64,000 bases of DNA, from the NCBI GenBank assembly GCA_937958695.1, contig CALGNK010000010.1:1264-65263 (forward strand), given 5' to 3'. Every line of letters starts with the position of its first letter. Position 1 is the stretch's first letter. Positions 1 to 8,751 of the stretch are shown piece after piece. The position numbers and the translations under genes are program-made. Origin of the DNA: an uncultured bacterium. Its GTDB lineage: Bacteria; DUMJ01. Below the pieces are notes generated by a model that worked only from the letters and a program-made list of their open reading frames with translations, made no database searches and was not told the DNA's origin.

Positions 1-38
1 GTTTCCCATTATTAGGATATTATAAGTTCTCCCTCCTT

Positions 39-116
39 TTACCACCATTTAAGATTAGCCCCACCGGCTAGTAACAGAGTAATACAACTGGCTAAGATAG
101 CGAGAATCTTTATCAT
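39..116 (-). CDS. possible small hydrophobic peptide, 25 aa (MIKILAILASCITLLLAGGANLKWW)
   Basis: Too short for the ORF track. ATG at 116 (plus-strand cat 114-116) with AGGAGGTGG 9-12 nt upstream; TAA at 39-41. Lies downstream of a near-consensus promoter at 193-221 (minus). LASC resembles a lipobox. It may instead be a non-coding leader of a gene starting near position 9 and leaving the window. Confidence 0.25.
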   Translation of the reverse strand: MIKILAILASCITLLLAGGANLKWW

Positions 117-192
117 GATAAGAGACCACCTCCTATTTTGTTGTTTTTATAATACATTCTTCCAGATACACCTCACTAAAAAATTCCAACTA

Positions 193-221
193 ATTATACA
201 ACATAAAAATACATTTTTCAA
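193..221 (-). promoter_or_regulatory. sigma70-type promoter TTGAAA-17 nt-TATAAT (minus strand)
   Basis: The reverse complement of 216-221 is TTGAAA and of 193-198 is TATAAT, with an exact 17-nt spacer. It points toward the small ORF and the left window edge. Confidence 0.5.
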
Positions 222-250
222 CTTTGTCGGGTTTCTGATTTGTAATTATT

Positions 251-280
251 TTGACAATCCCTTTCTCAGAGAGGTATGAA
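251..280 (+). promoter_or_regulatory. candidate sigma70 promoter TTGACA-18 nt-TATGAA for the hydrolase gene
   Basis: TTGACA at 251-256 and TATGAA at 275-280. The -10 is weak and this would imply a ~155-nt leader. Confidence 0.3.
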
Positions 281-443
281 ACCTATAGGTGAATATTGTG
301 TTAAAATATGTAGTATTAATTTAGGTTATTGTTAAGTTGCCTCTTAGAAGTTTTAAAAGCCTTTGGAAGGTAATACTGGTTAGAAATTATTAAGAGTAGA
401 GCTTAAGTAATATAAGATAATTTTACTTGAGGAGGTGGATAAA

Positions 444-1274
444 TTGGAGTCATTTTTTACTAGCTTTGATGGAGCAAAGATATTTTATAGATATAGTGAA
501 GAAATAGAAAGTAAAAAGGTGTTTGTTATAGTACATGGCCTTTTGGAACATAGCGGAAGATATACAGATGTGATGAAAAGAATCTCTTCTTGGGGTTTTT
601 CTGTATTTATTCCAGACCTAAGGGGACATGGAAATTCTGAAGGTCCTAGAATAGATGTAGAATCTTTTCAGCATTATCTACTGGATCTAAAAACACTCTA
701 CGATATGTTATTTACCTGTGGTTATAGAGAATTCTATCTATTAGGGCATAGTATGGGAGGACTTATAGTAGTAAGATTCATCCAAGAGTATCAGGAGTTT
801 ATAAAACAGACAAAAACTGTAATTCTATCTTCTCCATTTTTAGGTTGGAAGGATGTTTCCTTTTTAAGACTTAATCTTATAAAGATTCTCTCACTTATAG
901 CTCCTAGTTTATATCTAACTGATGTAGTTAATCCTGACTATCTTAGTCGCTCTAAAGAGATAGCAAGTAAATATAGGAATGACCCCTTAATCCATAATAA
1001 AGTCACAATTAGACTTATAGTTGAGATCGATAAGAATATGAAAATCCTCAGAGAAAAACTCAATGAACTCTTTCCACCATTATTACTCTTAGTATCTGGG
1101 AAGGATTATCTAGTAGATACAGAGTCTGCAATAGATATCTTTAAGAAAATCAACTCTCCACTTAAGAAACAACACATCTTCCCTGAAAGTTACCATGAGA
1201 TATTTAACGAAGAAGACGATATAAAAGAGACTGCCTATAAGATAATTAGAGGGTGGATAGAAGAGGTGAGGTAG
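444..1274 (+). CDS. alpha/beta hydrolase, lysophospholipase / monoacylglycerol lipase-like
   Basis: ORF track 435..1274. TTG at 444 is preferred (GGAGG 431-435, 8-nt spacing) because GTG 435 overlaps the SD. Motifs: VHGLLEHSGRY (HG oxyanion), GHSMGG nucleophile elbow, C-terminal SYHEIF catalytic His context. Confidence 0.8.
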   Translation: MESFFTSFDGAKIFYRYSEEIESKKVFVIVHGLLEHSGRYTDVMKRISSWGFSVFIPDLRGHGNSEGPRIDVESFQHYLLDLKTLYDMLFTCGYREFYLLGHSMGGLIVVRFIQEYQEFIKQTKTVILSSPFLGWKDVSFLRLNLIKILSLIAPSLYLTDVVNPDYLSRSKEIASKYRNDPLIHNKVTIRLIVEIDKNMKILREKLNELFPPLLLLVSGKDYLVDTESAIDIFKKINSPLKKQHIFPESYHEIFNEEDDIKETAYKIIRGWIEEVR

Positions 1275-1291
1275 AATATTGGGTGGAATTT

Positions 1292-1684
1292 TTATTTAAT
1301 ATTGAGCTCTTCTCTTAATATTCTCTCGGCTGGGATAATTTTAGTCTCATAAGCTTCTATCTTTGCATTAAGTCTTTCTAATGCTTTTTTCATTTCTTCT
1401 ATACGCTTTATAAGCTGGTCTCTCTGCTCAATTAAAATCTGTTTTCTAGCCTCGATAGTCGTATCTCCTTGCTGGAAAAGTTTAACATACTTTATTAGAG
1501 CATCAATTTGAACCCCTGCACTCCTCATACACTTAATAAATTCAATCCACCTACAATCCTCTTCAGTATAATCCCGGATACCACTTCCATTACGATGAAT
1601 CCTAGGAATCAAGCCAATTTTCTCGTAATAACGTAATGTATCCTGAGAGATTCCATACTTTTCACTTATCTCTCTGATTGTCAT
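1292..1684 (-). CDS. MerR-family transcriptional regulator, NmlR/AdhR-like (conserved Cys52)
   Basis: N-terminal wHTH (ISEKYGISQDTLRYYEKIGLI), a long C-terminal coiled-coil dimerisation helix, and Cys at residue 52 (FIKCMRSAG) by my count. Confidence 0.85.
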   Translation of the reverse strand: MTIREISEKYGISQDTLRYYEKIGLIPRIHRNGSGIRDYTEEDCRWIEFIKCMRSAGVQIDALIKYVKLFQQGDTTIEARKQILIEQRDQLIKRIEEMKKALERLNAKIEAYETKIIPAERILREELNIK

Positions 1685-1766
1685 ATCTTCCCTCCTTGAA
1701 CTATCTTAAAAAGCCTATTTTACGTAACCACTCAGAGATTTTAGCTTGAATATTTTGGACATCTCC

Positions 1767-2789
1767 TCACTCTCCTAGATATTCTCTTACTAGCCGAACA
1801 TTTTTCTCTATCATATCAGGGATGGGAAGTTTATAGGGGCATCTAGGAAGGCAAGTTCCGCACTTTGTGCAGTTTTGAGCTTTCAGATATGCATCATAAA
1901 ACCATCCACTGCTAATCCCTTCTTTAGGCAATCTCTTTATAAACGAATCCGCTCTAATAATTACAGAGATGGGGATTCCTTCAGGACATGGCTGACAATA
2001 GTCACATCTCCTACAGAATGTTGGTCCCATCTCTTCTCTCATCCTCTCAATCTCCTTCCACTCTTCTTCTGTTAGAGGAGAAAGTTCCATAGCAACTTTT
2101 ACATTTTCTTCTACCTCTTCAATAGTTTCCATGCCAGGGTCTGGGACTATAAACTCTTTCTGAAGGGCAAACTTTAGCGCAAGTCTTGAATTTGTAAACA
2201 CTCCCCCTCCCATAGGCTTCATAGCAATAATTCCAATATCTCTTTCAAGAGCCATCGGAAAAACCCTTTCTTCTACCTTTGTTTCTATAAAATTATAGCA
2301 TAATTGAATGACATCAAACTTATCGGTGGCAATTAATTCTTCCAAAAGATCAGAGCTGTGACTAGATACCGCTATAAAATCAATAAGTCCCTCCTCTTTT
2401 GCTTTCAAAAGGCCATAATAAGCTCCGTCAGAGGAAAGAACCTTATTAAAAGATTCTTTATCATTTACCCCATGCAGATGATAGATATCTATCTTCTCTA
2501 CCCCTAGATTCTTTAAACTAGTCTTTACGTCTTGATATATTCCATCCTTAGTCCTGTTTGAGGATTTTGAGGAGAGATAAATCTTCTTTTCAAAACCCTT
2601 TATTGCCTTTCCAATCTTTATTTCGCTATCTCTATAACCCCTTGCCGTATCTATAAAATTGATTCCAAGTTCAATGGCTCTTCTTATCACCCTTATGGCA
2701 TCCTCTTCCTTTACCCTCTGTATAGGGATTCCACCAAATCCTATGGGAAAGACTTCTATATTTGTTCTCCCAAGCCTTCTATACTTCAT
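1767..2789 (-). CDS. aldo/keto reductase with C-terminal 4Fe-4S cluster-binding extension
   Basis: AKR motifs (GINFIDTARGY, IDIYHLHG) plus C-terminal Cys clusters CRRCDYCQPCP and CTKCGTCLPRCP. Confidence 0.85.
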   Translation of the reverse strand: MKYRRLGRTNIEVFPIGFGGIPIQRVKEEDAIRVIRRAIELGINFIDTARGYRDSEIKIGKAIKGFEKKIYLSSKSSNRTKDGIYQDVKTSLKNLGVEKIDIYHLHGVNDKESFNKVLSSDGAYYGLLKAKEEGLIDFIAVSSHSSDLLEELIATDKFDVIQLCYNFIETKVEERVFPMALERDIGIIAMKPMGGGVFTNSRLALKFALQKEFIVPDPGMETIEEVEENVKVAMELSPLTEEEWKEIERMREEMGPTFCRRCDYCQPCPEGIPISVIIRADSFIKRLPKEGISSGWFYDAYLKAQNCTKCGTCLPRCPYKLPIPDMIEKNVRLVREYLGE

Positions 2790-2850
2790 TCAAGACCCTC
2801 CTTTTAAGTTATCGCAATATTTATTGATTAGCCTATTGAAAAATAGACTT

Positions 2851-3957
2851 CTACATCTTCTCTAAAACATATCTTCTCGTTCCTAATCCCAATCTCTCAG
2901 CGTATTCTAACTGAACACTCCAGTCAATCTCTGGATGTATAGCCCTAAACTTGTCTTCGCCTGGATTAAAGTTACTCTTTAATGCTGTTTCCCTAAGCCC
3001 TATGCTCTGATTAACTAAGTCTACTGAAGCCTGATCTATTGCTACTATATCTGAGCTTCCAAGTATACCAATGTCAGGAACAATATTCGCATCGTGCCAT
3101 CCTGCACAGTCGCAATCTGGACTTATATCCATAACAAAGTTTATAAATGCAACCTTCGGTTCTTTAGGTTTTACCATACCATATGTAAATTCAACCATCT
3201 TTTCTTGTAGACCTATAGCAGACTCATTCCAAGATATCTCTATAGCTGAAGTAGGGCATACAACAGCACATTCTCCACACCCTATACATAATTCCGGAGT
3301 AAGTACAGCTTTTCCATTTACAAGTCTTAAAGCTCCTTGAGGGCAGTGATTTACACACCTAGCACAACCTATACAGATTTCTGGTTTTGGATCAGGTTTA
3401 AACTGTGCATGTTGCATTTGTTTACCTGATCTTGGCGCGCCCCCCATGCCCACATTCTTTATAGCTCCTCCAAATCCTGCTGCCATATGACCCTTAAAGT
3501 GTGTCAGGGCAAGGAGAAAGTCTGCATCATATATTCCTCCTGCTACTTTTACTTTTTTGAAATTCTTAAGATTTACTTCTACCTCTTTATAGTATTCTCC
3601 ACTTATCCCATCTGCTATTATAAGAGGAGCCCCAACAGAGGAGTAATCAAAGCCATTATATATTGCTGCTTCTAGATGGTCTATTGCATTAGCTCTTTCT
3701 CCTTTATAAAGCGTGTTTGCATCTGTAAGGAATGGTTTCCCGCCCATCTCTTTAACTACTTCTACAACTTGCCTTACAAAAATAGGTCTTATATAGGCGT
3801 GGTTGCCAGGCTCTCCAAAATGAATCTTTATAGCAACAAGATCTCCTTCTTTCATCCTATTTTCTAAAAGTCTTCTGGTCAAATTTTTTAATCTTTTGAG
3901 TAAAGAATGATTCTCATCATGAGCCCTTAAAGAGAGAAAATATACTTTACTTGCCAT
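2851..3957 (-). CDS. DUF362 domain protein with 2x[4Fe-4S] ferredoxin insert
   Basis: DUF362-type N-terminus (VAIKIHFGEPGNHAYIRP) and two CxxCxxCxxxCP motifs (CIGCARCVNHCP, CIGCGECAVVCP). Confidence 0.75.
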   Translation of the reverse strand: MASKVYFLSLRAHDENHSLLKRLKNLTRRLLENRMKEGDLVAIKIHFGEPGNHAYIRPIFVRQVVEVVKEMGGKPFLTDANTLYKGERANAIDHLEAAIYNGFDYSSVGAPLIIADGISGEYYKEVEVNLKNFKKVKVAGGIYDADFLLALTHFKGHMAAGFGGAIKNVGMGGAPRSGKQMQHAQFKPDPKPEICIGCARCVNHCPQGALRLVNGKAVLTPELCIGCGECAVVCPTSAIEISWNESAIGLQEKMVEFTYGMVKPKEPKVAFINFVMDISPDCDCAGWHDANIVPDIGILGSSDIVAIDQASVDLVNQSIGLRETALKSNFNPGEDKFRAIHPEIDWSVQLEYAERLGLGTRRYVLEKM

Positions 3958-3994
3958 CTGTATTTACCTCCTTATCCATTCATCTTTAATAAGA

Positions 3995-4025
3995 AGTATA
4001 CTTATTGGAGTTAGCTCCAAGTCAA
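3995..4025 (-). promoter_or_regulatory. MerR-type promoter: TTGACT-19 nt-TATACT with dyad TTGGAG-N4-CTCCAA in the spacer
   Basis: On the minus strand, -35 is the reverse complement of 4020-4025 and -10 is the reverse complement of 3995-4000. The spacer 4001-4019 is 19 nt (suboptimal, typical of MerR activation). A perfect 6+6 inverted repeat lies at 4005-4020. The SD AAGGAGG and ATG 3957 follow about 30 nt downstream. Confidence 0.6.
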
Positions 4026-4076
4026 TATACTATATAGTATAATAGATCTAAAGTAATTAAATACTGGGGGAGAAGA

Positions 4077-6695
4077 ATGATAGACTTAAATGGATATTGG
4101 GATTTTCAGATAACACCGATAGGAAAATTCCACACTAAAGTGATAGGCACATCTTGGGAAAAGATTCTTGTGCCAGCTTCTTGGGAGAGTCAGGGGGTAG
4201 ATGTAAATATTGAAGGGGTAGGGACCTACAGAAAGATATTTACATTACGAAAAGAGGAAGTAGAAGAGATAAATAGTAAAAGGGCTTTTATTAGGTTTAA
4301 CGGAGTAAGCGCATATTGCAAAGTATGGCTTAATGGTATCCATTTGAAGGAGCATATCGGTATATGGGATCCGTTTACTATAGAAATTGAGAAACCTCTG
4401 AAGGAGGAAAATGAGCTACTAGTAAAAGTCGTAAAACCAGGGAAGTATCTCCCACTAAGAGAAAGTCTGGCAGGATTTTTACCAGATGTATATGCACCTT
4501 TTGGGGGTATATGGCAACCTGTAGAGTTTTTGATAAAAGAAGAGGTATTTATAGAAGATGTTGTTATTAGAACTGAAAAGGGCGGTAGATTAGATGTACT
4601 CGTAATGGTTAATACTAATAATAGGCATATAAAGGCAGATTTAGTCCTAGAGGTCATATATGGAGAAGAAGTTGTAGCAACTCAAGAATGCTCTACCAAC
4701 TCTTTAGCTCGGTTTAATCTATCCATAAAAGATCCAAAACTCTGGTCACCAGAAGAGCCAAATCTTTATAACATTCGCTTAAGATTATACAGGGATAATA
4801 TATTAAAAGATGAGTATAAAACAACATTTGGATTTAGAGATGTAACTTATAATGGATATAAAATTCTTCTAAACAATTTCCCTATCTATCCTAGAGGTAT
4901 ACTCCACTGGGGATGGTATCCAGAGAGTATAAGTCCAAATCCAGACAAAGAAACAATTGTAAAAGAGATAAGAGAGCTTAAAAGTCTTGGATTCAATCTT
5001 ATAAAGTTCTGTCTATTTGTTCCATCTAAAGATTACTTTGAGACTGCAGATAGAGAGGGAATGCTTATATGGCAAGAGCTTCCCATGTGGCTACCAAGGG
5101 TCAATTATGATTTTAAAATGAGTGTGTTAAGGCAATATAAAGCTATAGCTAGAATGCTTCACTATCATCCATCTATAGTTATATGGACGTTGGGTTGTGA
5201 GTTGAATAGAGAAGTAGACGAAGAATTTATAGAGAAGCTATTCTACACTGTAAAAGATAACATTAATGGAGGGCTTATAAAAGATAATAGCGGTTCTGGA
5301 GAATGCTATGGAGGATTACTAAAAGAATATGGAGATTTCTATGATTATCATTTCTATACAGACCCTCAATTCTATAGAGATTTAATAGACAGATTTGGCG
5401 TTTCTTGGAGAGATAAAAAACCATGGCTCTTTGGTGAATTTTGTGACCTCGATACGGTTAGAGATATTGCTAAGCTAAGAGAGAAGTATGGGAAGGATCC
5501 TTTTTATTTGGATAAACCTAAGATTGGTATTGACTGGCAAGTAGATTATAAAAACCAGTATGAGAAGTTAAAAGGGGAGGGACTTCTAGATAGACTTAAT
5601 GAGCTGGTAGAATCTTCAAAAGAGAAGGCATTCTCTTACAGAAAGATGGTCCTTGAGCTAGTAAGAAGTTATGAGAGAATATCTGGATATGTGATTACAG
5701 GTATGAGGGATACGCCGATAACTACTAGCGGAATATTTGATGATTTTATGGAGAAAAAATTTAGTAGTGATGATTTTTTAAAGATAAATAGTGATACGAT
5801 TTTATCTCTGGGGTGGGATAATAAGAGAAGCTGGATAAATGGAGGAGATAGACTTATCGAGTGGGATAGATTTAATTATTTAGGAGGTTCCTTAGTAAGG
5901 GCGCATCTTATATTGAGCCATTATGGAAATAAGAAGATAAAGAGACCAAAACTTAGATGTCTAGTAAGAGATCGTAACAATACAGTCTTATACTCTAAAG
6001 AAGAGATCATCAAGAAAACTATTCGTCCTGGGGATGCTTCAGAGATAGGTATAATAGAGTTTACAGCTCCAACTGTAAGGGCACCAAAGAGGCTTAAATT
6101 AGAGGCTTCCTTAGAATTTGATGGTAAACTAATAGAAAACTATTGGTTTATCTGGGTCTATCCTAAAGTCAATATGGATAAGCTAAAGATCTTTGATCCA
6201 AAGGGAATTATTAAGTTTAATGTAGAAGAGCCAAAAGAAGATGTATTTGTCTCTACAGAGTTAAATAAAGATATCTTAGAATCTATATATAAAGGGGCTA
6301 AGGTTTTATACATACAGCCAGAAGAAGGCGGACTAAAAGTAAACCGTAAGCCATTCTTTAGAGAATCTATCCAGGTATTATCTGATCATCCAATTATACA
6401 ACGTTTTTGTCCGTATGGACTATCGATAGAACAGTGGTACTCCCTTGCCACAGACAGTGTTTTCCCAAAAGAGGTTTTAGAGGAATATGATGCTAAGGGT
6501 ATATTCTCAAGACTAGATACAAGAACATACATATTAGACTACTATCTTATAGAGGCGAATCTAGAAAAGGGGATATTGATGGCAACCACATTAAGATTTA
6601 ATGGAGGATTAGGAGATCAAGCAGAAGGAATTGACTATAGTCCTTCAGGGAAATATTTGCTCTGGATTATAATGAGATATCTTAGTAGAAGATAG
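4077..6695 (+). CDS. glycoside hydrolase family 2-like protein (beta-galactosidase/mannosidase/glucuronidase fold), cytoplasmic
   Basis: 872 aa with no signal peptide. It has a GH2 sugar-binding N-domain pattern (WDFQ..VPASWE, FNGVSAYCKVWLNG) and a TIM-barrel acid/base region HPSIVIWTLGCE (GNE-like). Substrate cannot be assigned. Confidence 0.7.
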   Translation: MIDLNGYWDFQITPIGKFHTKVIGTSWEKILVPASWESQGVDVNIEGVGTYRKIFTLRKEEVEEINSKRAFIRFNGVSAYCKVWLNGIHLKEHIGIWDPFTIEIEKPLKEENELLVKVVKPGKYLPLRESLAGFLPDVYAPFGGIWQPVEFLIKEEVFIEDVVIRTEKGGRLDVLVMVNTNNRHIKADLVLEVIYGEEVVATQECSTNSLARFNLSIKDPKLWSPEEPNLYNIRLRLYRDNILKDEYKTTFGFRDVTYNGYKILLNNFPIYPRGILHWGWYPESISPNPDKETIVKEIRELKSLGFNLIKFCLFVPSKDYFETADREGMLIWQELPMWLPRVNYDFKMSVLRQYKAIARMLHYHPSIVIWTLGCELNREVDEEFIEKLFYTVKDNINGGLIKDNSGSGECYGGLLKEYGDFYDYHFYTDPQFYRDLIDRFGVSWRDKKPWLFGEFCDLDTVRDIAKLREKYGKDPFYLDKPKIGIDWQVDYKNQYEKLKGEGLLDRLNELVESSKEKAFSYRKMVLELVRSYERISGYVITGMRDTPITTSGIFDDFMEKKFSSDDFLKINSDTILSLGWDNKRSWINGGDRLIEWDRFNYLGGSLVRAHLILSHYGNKKIKRPKLRCLVRDRNNTVLYSKEEIIKKTIRPGDASEIGIIEFTAPTVRAPKRLKLEASLEFDGKLIENYWFIWVYPKVNMDKLKIFDPKGIIKFNVEEPKEDVFVSTELNKDILESIYKGAKVLYIQPEEGGLKVNRKPFFRESIQVLSDHPIIQRFCPYGLSIEQWYSLATDSVFPKEVLEEYDAKGIFSRLDTRTYILDYYLIEANLEKGILMATTLRFNGGLGDQAEGIDYSPSGKYLLWIIMRYLSRR

Positions 6696-6717
6696 AATCT
6701 TTTTCGCATTTTAGAAA

Positions 6718-6738
6718 GGGGATGGCATTGCCATCCCC
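6718..6738. terminator. bidirectional stem-loop between convergent genes (GGGGATGGC-ATT-GCCATCCCC)
   Basis: A perfect 9-bp GC-rich stem, flanked by A-rich sequence on the plus side and T-rich sequence (TTTCT) on the minus side. Confidence 0.6.
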
Positions 6739-6751
6739 TATAATAAAAAAT

Positions 6752-8731
6752 CTATCTAGACTCTTTGATAAAGAATTGTTCTAGATTTAGATAACCAGGT
6801 GAAAGAAGCGGATATGCGTATATTGCACTCTTAGGGACATTTTTGAAGTTATTTTTCACTACGCAAGGAGCAGGATATCCAGCTATAGTAGGAATAGCAA
6901 AGAGATTTTTGGCGCATAATACTAATGCATCCTCACTTAACTTAGCCCTTTGTTTTTCATCGGTGGTAACTTTTATCTTATCAAAGATAGCTATTAATTT
7001 AAGGGCATCGCCTGTGGGTTTCTCAGCGCCCTCTGCCTTACCACCAGAAGCGTACCAGAGACCCCATAATGGAGCCCAATAGGTAGAACTGGCATTTGGT
7101 ATAAAGCTACGGGAATATGTTAAGAAATACCTTCCAGTAGTATAGTCAACCTCATAGGCTGCTATTTGATATTCACTTGCACTAATCCTAGGCCACCAAA
7201 GTGCACCACTTACGGTATCTATAGCAGTCTTTATACCTATTGCGTCCCAATATTTCTGAACTAATTCTGCAACATCCGGATGAATAGGATAAGCCAAATT
7301 CACTATTACTGTAAGATTAAGTGGTTTTCCGTCTGGCCTAATTCTATAGCCAGTCTTATCTCTTTTTAAGCCAAGTTCATCTAGGATTTGATTTGCCTTT
7401 GTTGGGTTATACTCGTATAAACTCCTTAGCTCTTTATCATCCCAGTAAGCTTCTGGTAATAATTTATATGCAGGATCTCCTAGACCTAGATAGATAAGAT
7501 TATTTATCTCATCTCTGTTTATAGCTAGAGATAGAGCAAGTCTAAATTTGTAATTTCTAAATAGCTTCTGCAATACACTATCTCCCTTTAGATTCTGATT
7601 TATAAAGAAGGCTGTCCCTGATGCACCTGAAGTCCATCTATAAACATCGTAGCCTCCTTTAGCTCTATTCTCCATCAAAAGTGTATAGTTAGGGAATGCT
7701 ATATTTCTACACTGCATATCGATTTCTCCAGCAACTGCTTTCATATTTATTAACTCTATATTCTGCACCATATCAAAGGCTATCCTATCTATATATGGTA
7801 ATTGATTTCCTTCTGTATCTATCTTCCAGTAGTATGGATTTCTTTCTGCTATTATCCTTGTAGCGGTAGGTTCTGATCTTAAAACCCAAGGTCTTAGTGA
7901 TGGTAGTTCCTTGTTAAGATGTGCTGAAGCTTTGTTGGAGAATAACTGATACCAAAATTGGAATTTAGCTTCTTTTGTCATTTCTTCAAGCTTCTTTGGA
8001 TCGGTATATTTGGGATGGAATTGTCTTAGATAATGCTTAGGAAAGTCAAATAGATTAGGACCCGGACCCTCAGGTCCTGCAAGGTAATCTAAAAATAGAG
8101 AATGCGGTCTAACAAATCTGAACCTAACTGTATATGTATCTACTCTTTCTACTTTACCAGGAGTGCCCTCTACTACAAACCAACTTGGTATTGTAGGCGA
8201 AATCTCTTTATTTAAAAGGACATCTTCATACCAAAACATAATATCATCTGCAGTAAAAGGCTGGCCATCGGACCACTTAACACCTTTTCTTAGGTAAAAT
8301 GTATAGACCCTTCCTCCCTCTGTTACCTTCCAAGAAGTGCAGAGATTTGGAATTAATGTCTTCCCATCTCTAGCCCACCTTACTAATGGCTCATAACCTA
8401 GACGTTGATGTATCATAGTGTCAGCCGGAGATAGTGCTGCCCTTCTCCAGGTTCCTCCATACTGACCTATCTCTTCAGCTGGTTCTACCACCGCAGGCTC
8501 TTCAGGTAGTCTCTTTTCTACTGGTGGAAGTTTTCCCTGTTTTACCAACTCTGCTAACATTGGAGCTTCATTAAACTTGGCAATCTTTTTCCCTGTAGCC
8601 TTCTCGTACTCTTTTATCGTTGTATACTGTCCTAAAGGATTCTTTTGTTGAGAAAAGACTAAAGAGAAGCTACCTAAGAGTAAAAAAGCACACAAGGTTA
8701 AAACTAGTAAACTTTTAAAAATTCCTCTCAT
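6752..8731 (-). CDS. ABC transporter substrate-binding protein, family 5 (peptide/oligosaccharide type), paralogue A
   Basis: ORF track 6752..8770. The start is moved to ATG 8731 (MRGIFKSLLVL.. signal peptide, GGAGG 9 nt upstream), which removes the overlap with the upstream gene. Family-5 SBP length and motifs (GGTWRRA, ERNPYYWK). Confidence 0.85.
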   Translation of the reverse strand: MRGIFKSLLVLTLCAFLLLGSFSLVFSQQKNPLGQYTTIKEYEKATGKKIAKFNEAPMLAELVKQGKLPPVEKRLPEEPAVVEPAEEIGQYGGTWRRAALSPADTMIHQRLGYEPLVRWARDGKTLIPNLCTSWKVTEGGRVYTFYLRKGVKWSDGQPFTADDIMFWYEDVLLNKEISPTIPSWFVVEGTPGKVERVDTYTVRFRFVRPHSLFLDYLAGPEGPGPNLFDFPKHYLRQFHPKYTDPKKLEEMTKEAKFQFWYQLFSNKASAHLNKELPSLRPWVLRSEPTATRIIAERNPYYWKIDTEGNQLPYIDRIAFDMVQNIELINMKAVAGEIDMQCRNIAFPNYTLLMENRAKGGYDVYRWTSGASGTAFFINQNLKGDSVLQKLFRNYKFRLALSLAINRDEINNLIYLGLGDPAYKLLPEAYWDDKELRSLYEYNPTKANQILDELGLKRDKTGYRIRPDGKPLNLTVIVNLAYPIHPDVAELVQKYWDAIGIKTAIDTVSGALWWPRISASEYQIAAYEVDYTTGRYFLTYSRSFIPNASSTYWAPLWGLWYASGGKAEGAEKPTGDALKLIAIFDKIKVTTDEKQRAKLSEDALVLCAKNLFAIPTIAGYPAPCVVKNNFKNVPKSAIYAYPLLSPGYLNLEQFFIKESR

Positions 8732-8751
8732 TTTAGAACACCTCCACCTTT

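Noticed and set aside
1875-2865. Plus-strand ORFs 1875-2075 and 2659-2865 inside or antisense to the aldo-keto reductase gene
   Set aside because: These are shadow ORFs opposite a strongly supported CDS. They have low-complexity S/F/L-rich translations, no SD and no motifs.
3071-3867. Plus-strand ORFs 3071-3340, 3487-3675 and 3676-3867 antisense to the DUF362 gene
   Set aside because: Same reasoning: these are antisense shadow frames of an AT-rich gene with implausible Cys/Phe/Tyr-rich products.
4226-4657. 143-aa minus-strand ORF within the GH2 gene
   Set aside because: It lies wholly inside a motif-supported CDS and gives a Ser/Thr/Phe-rich low-complexity translation typical of antisense frames.
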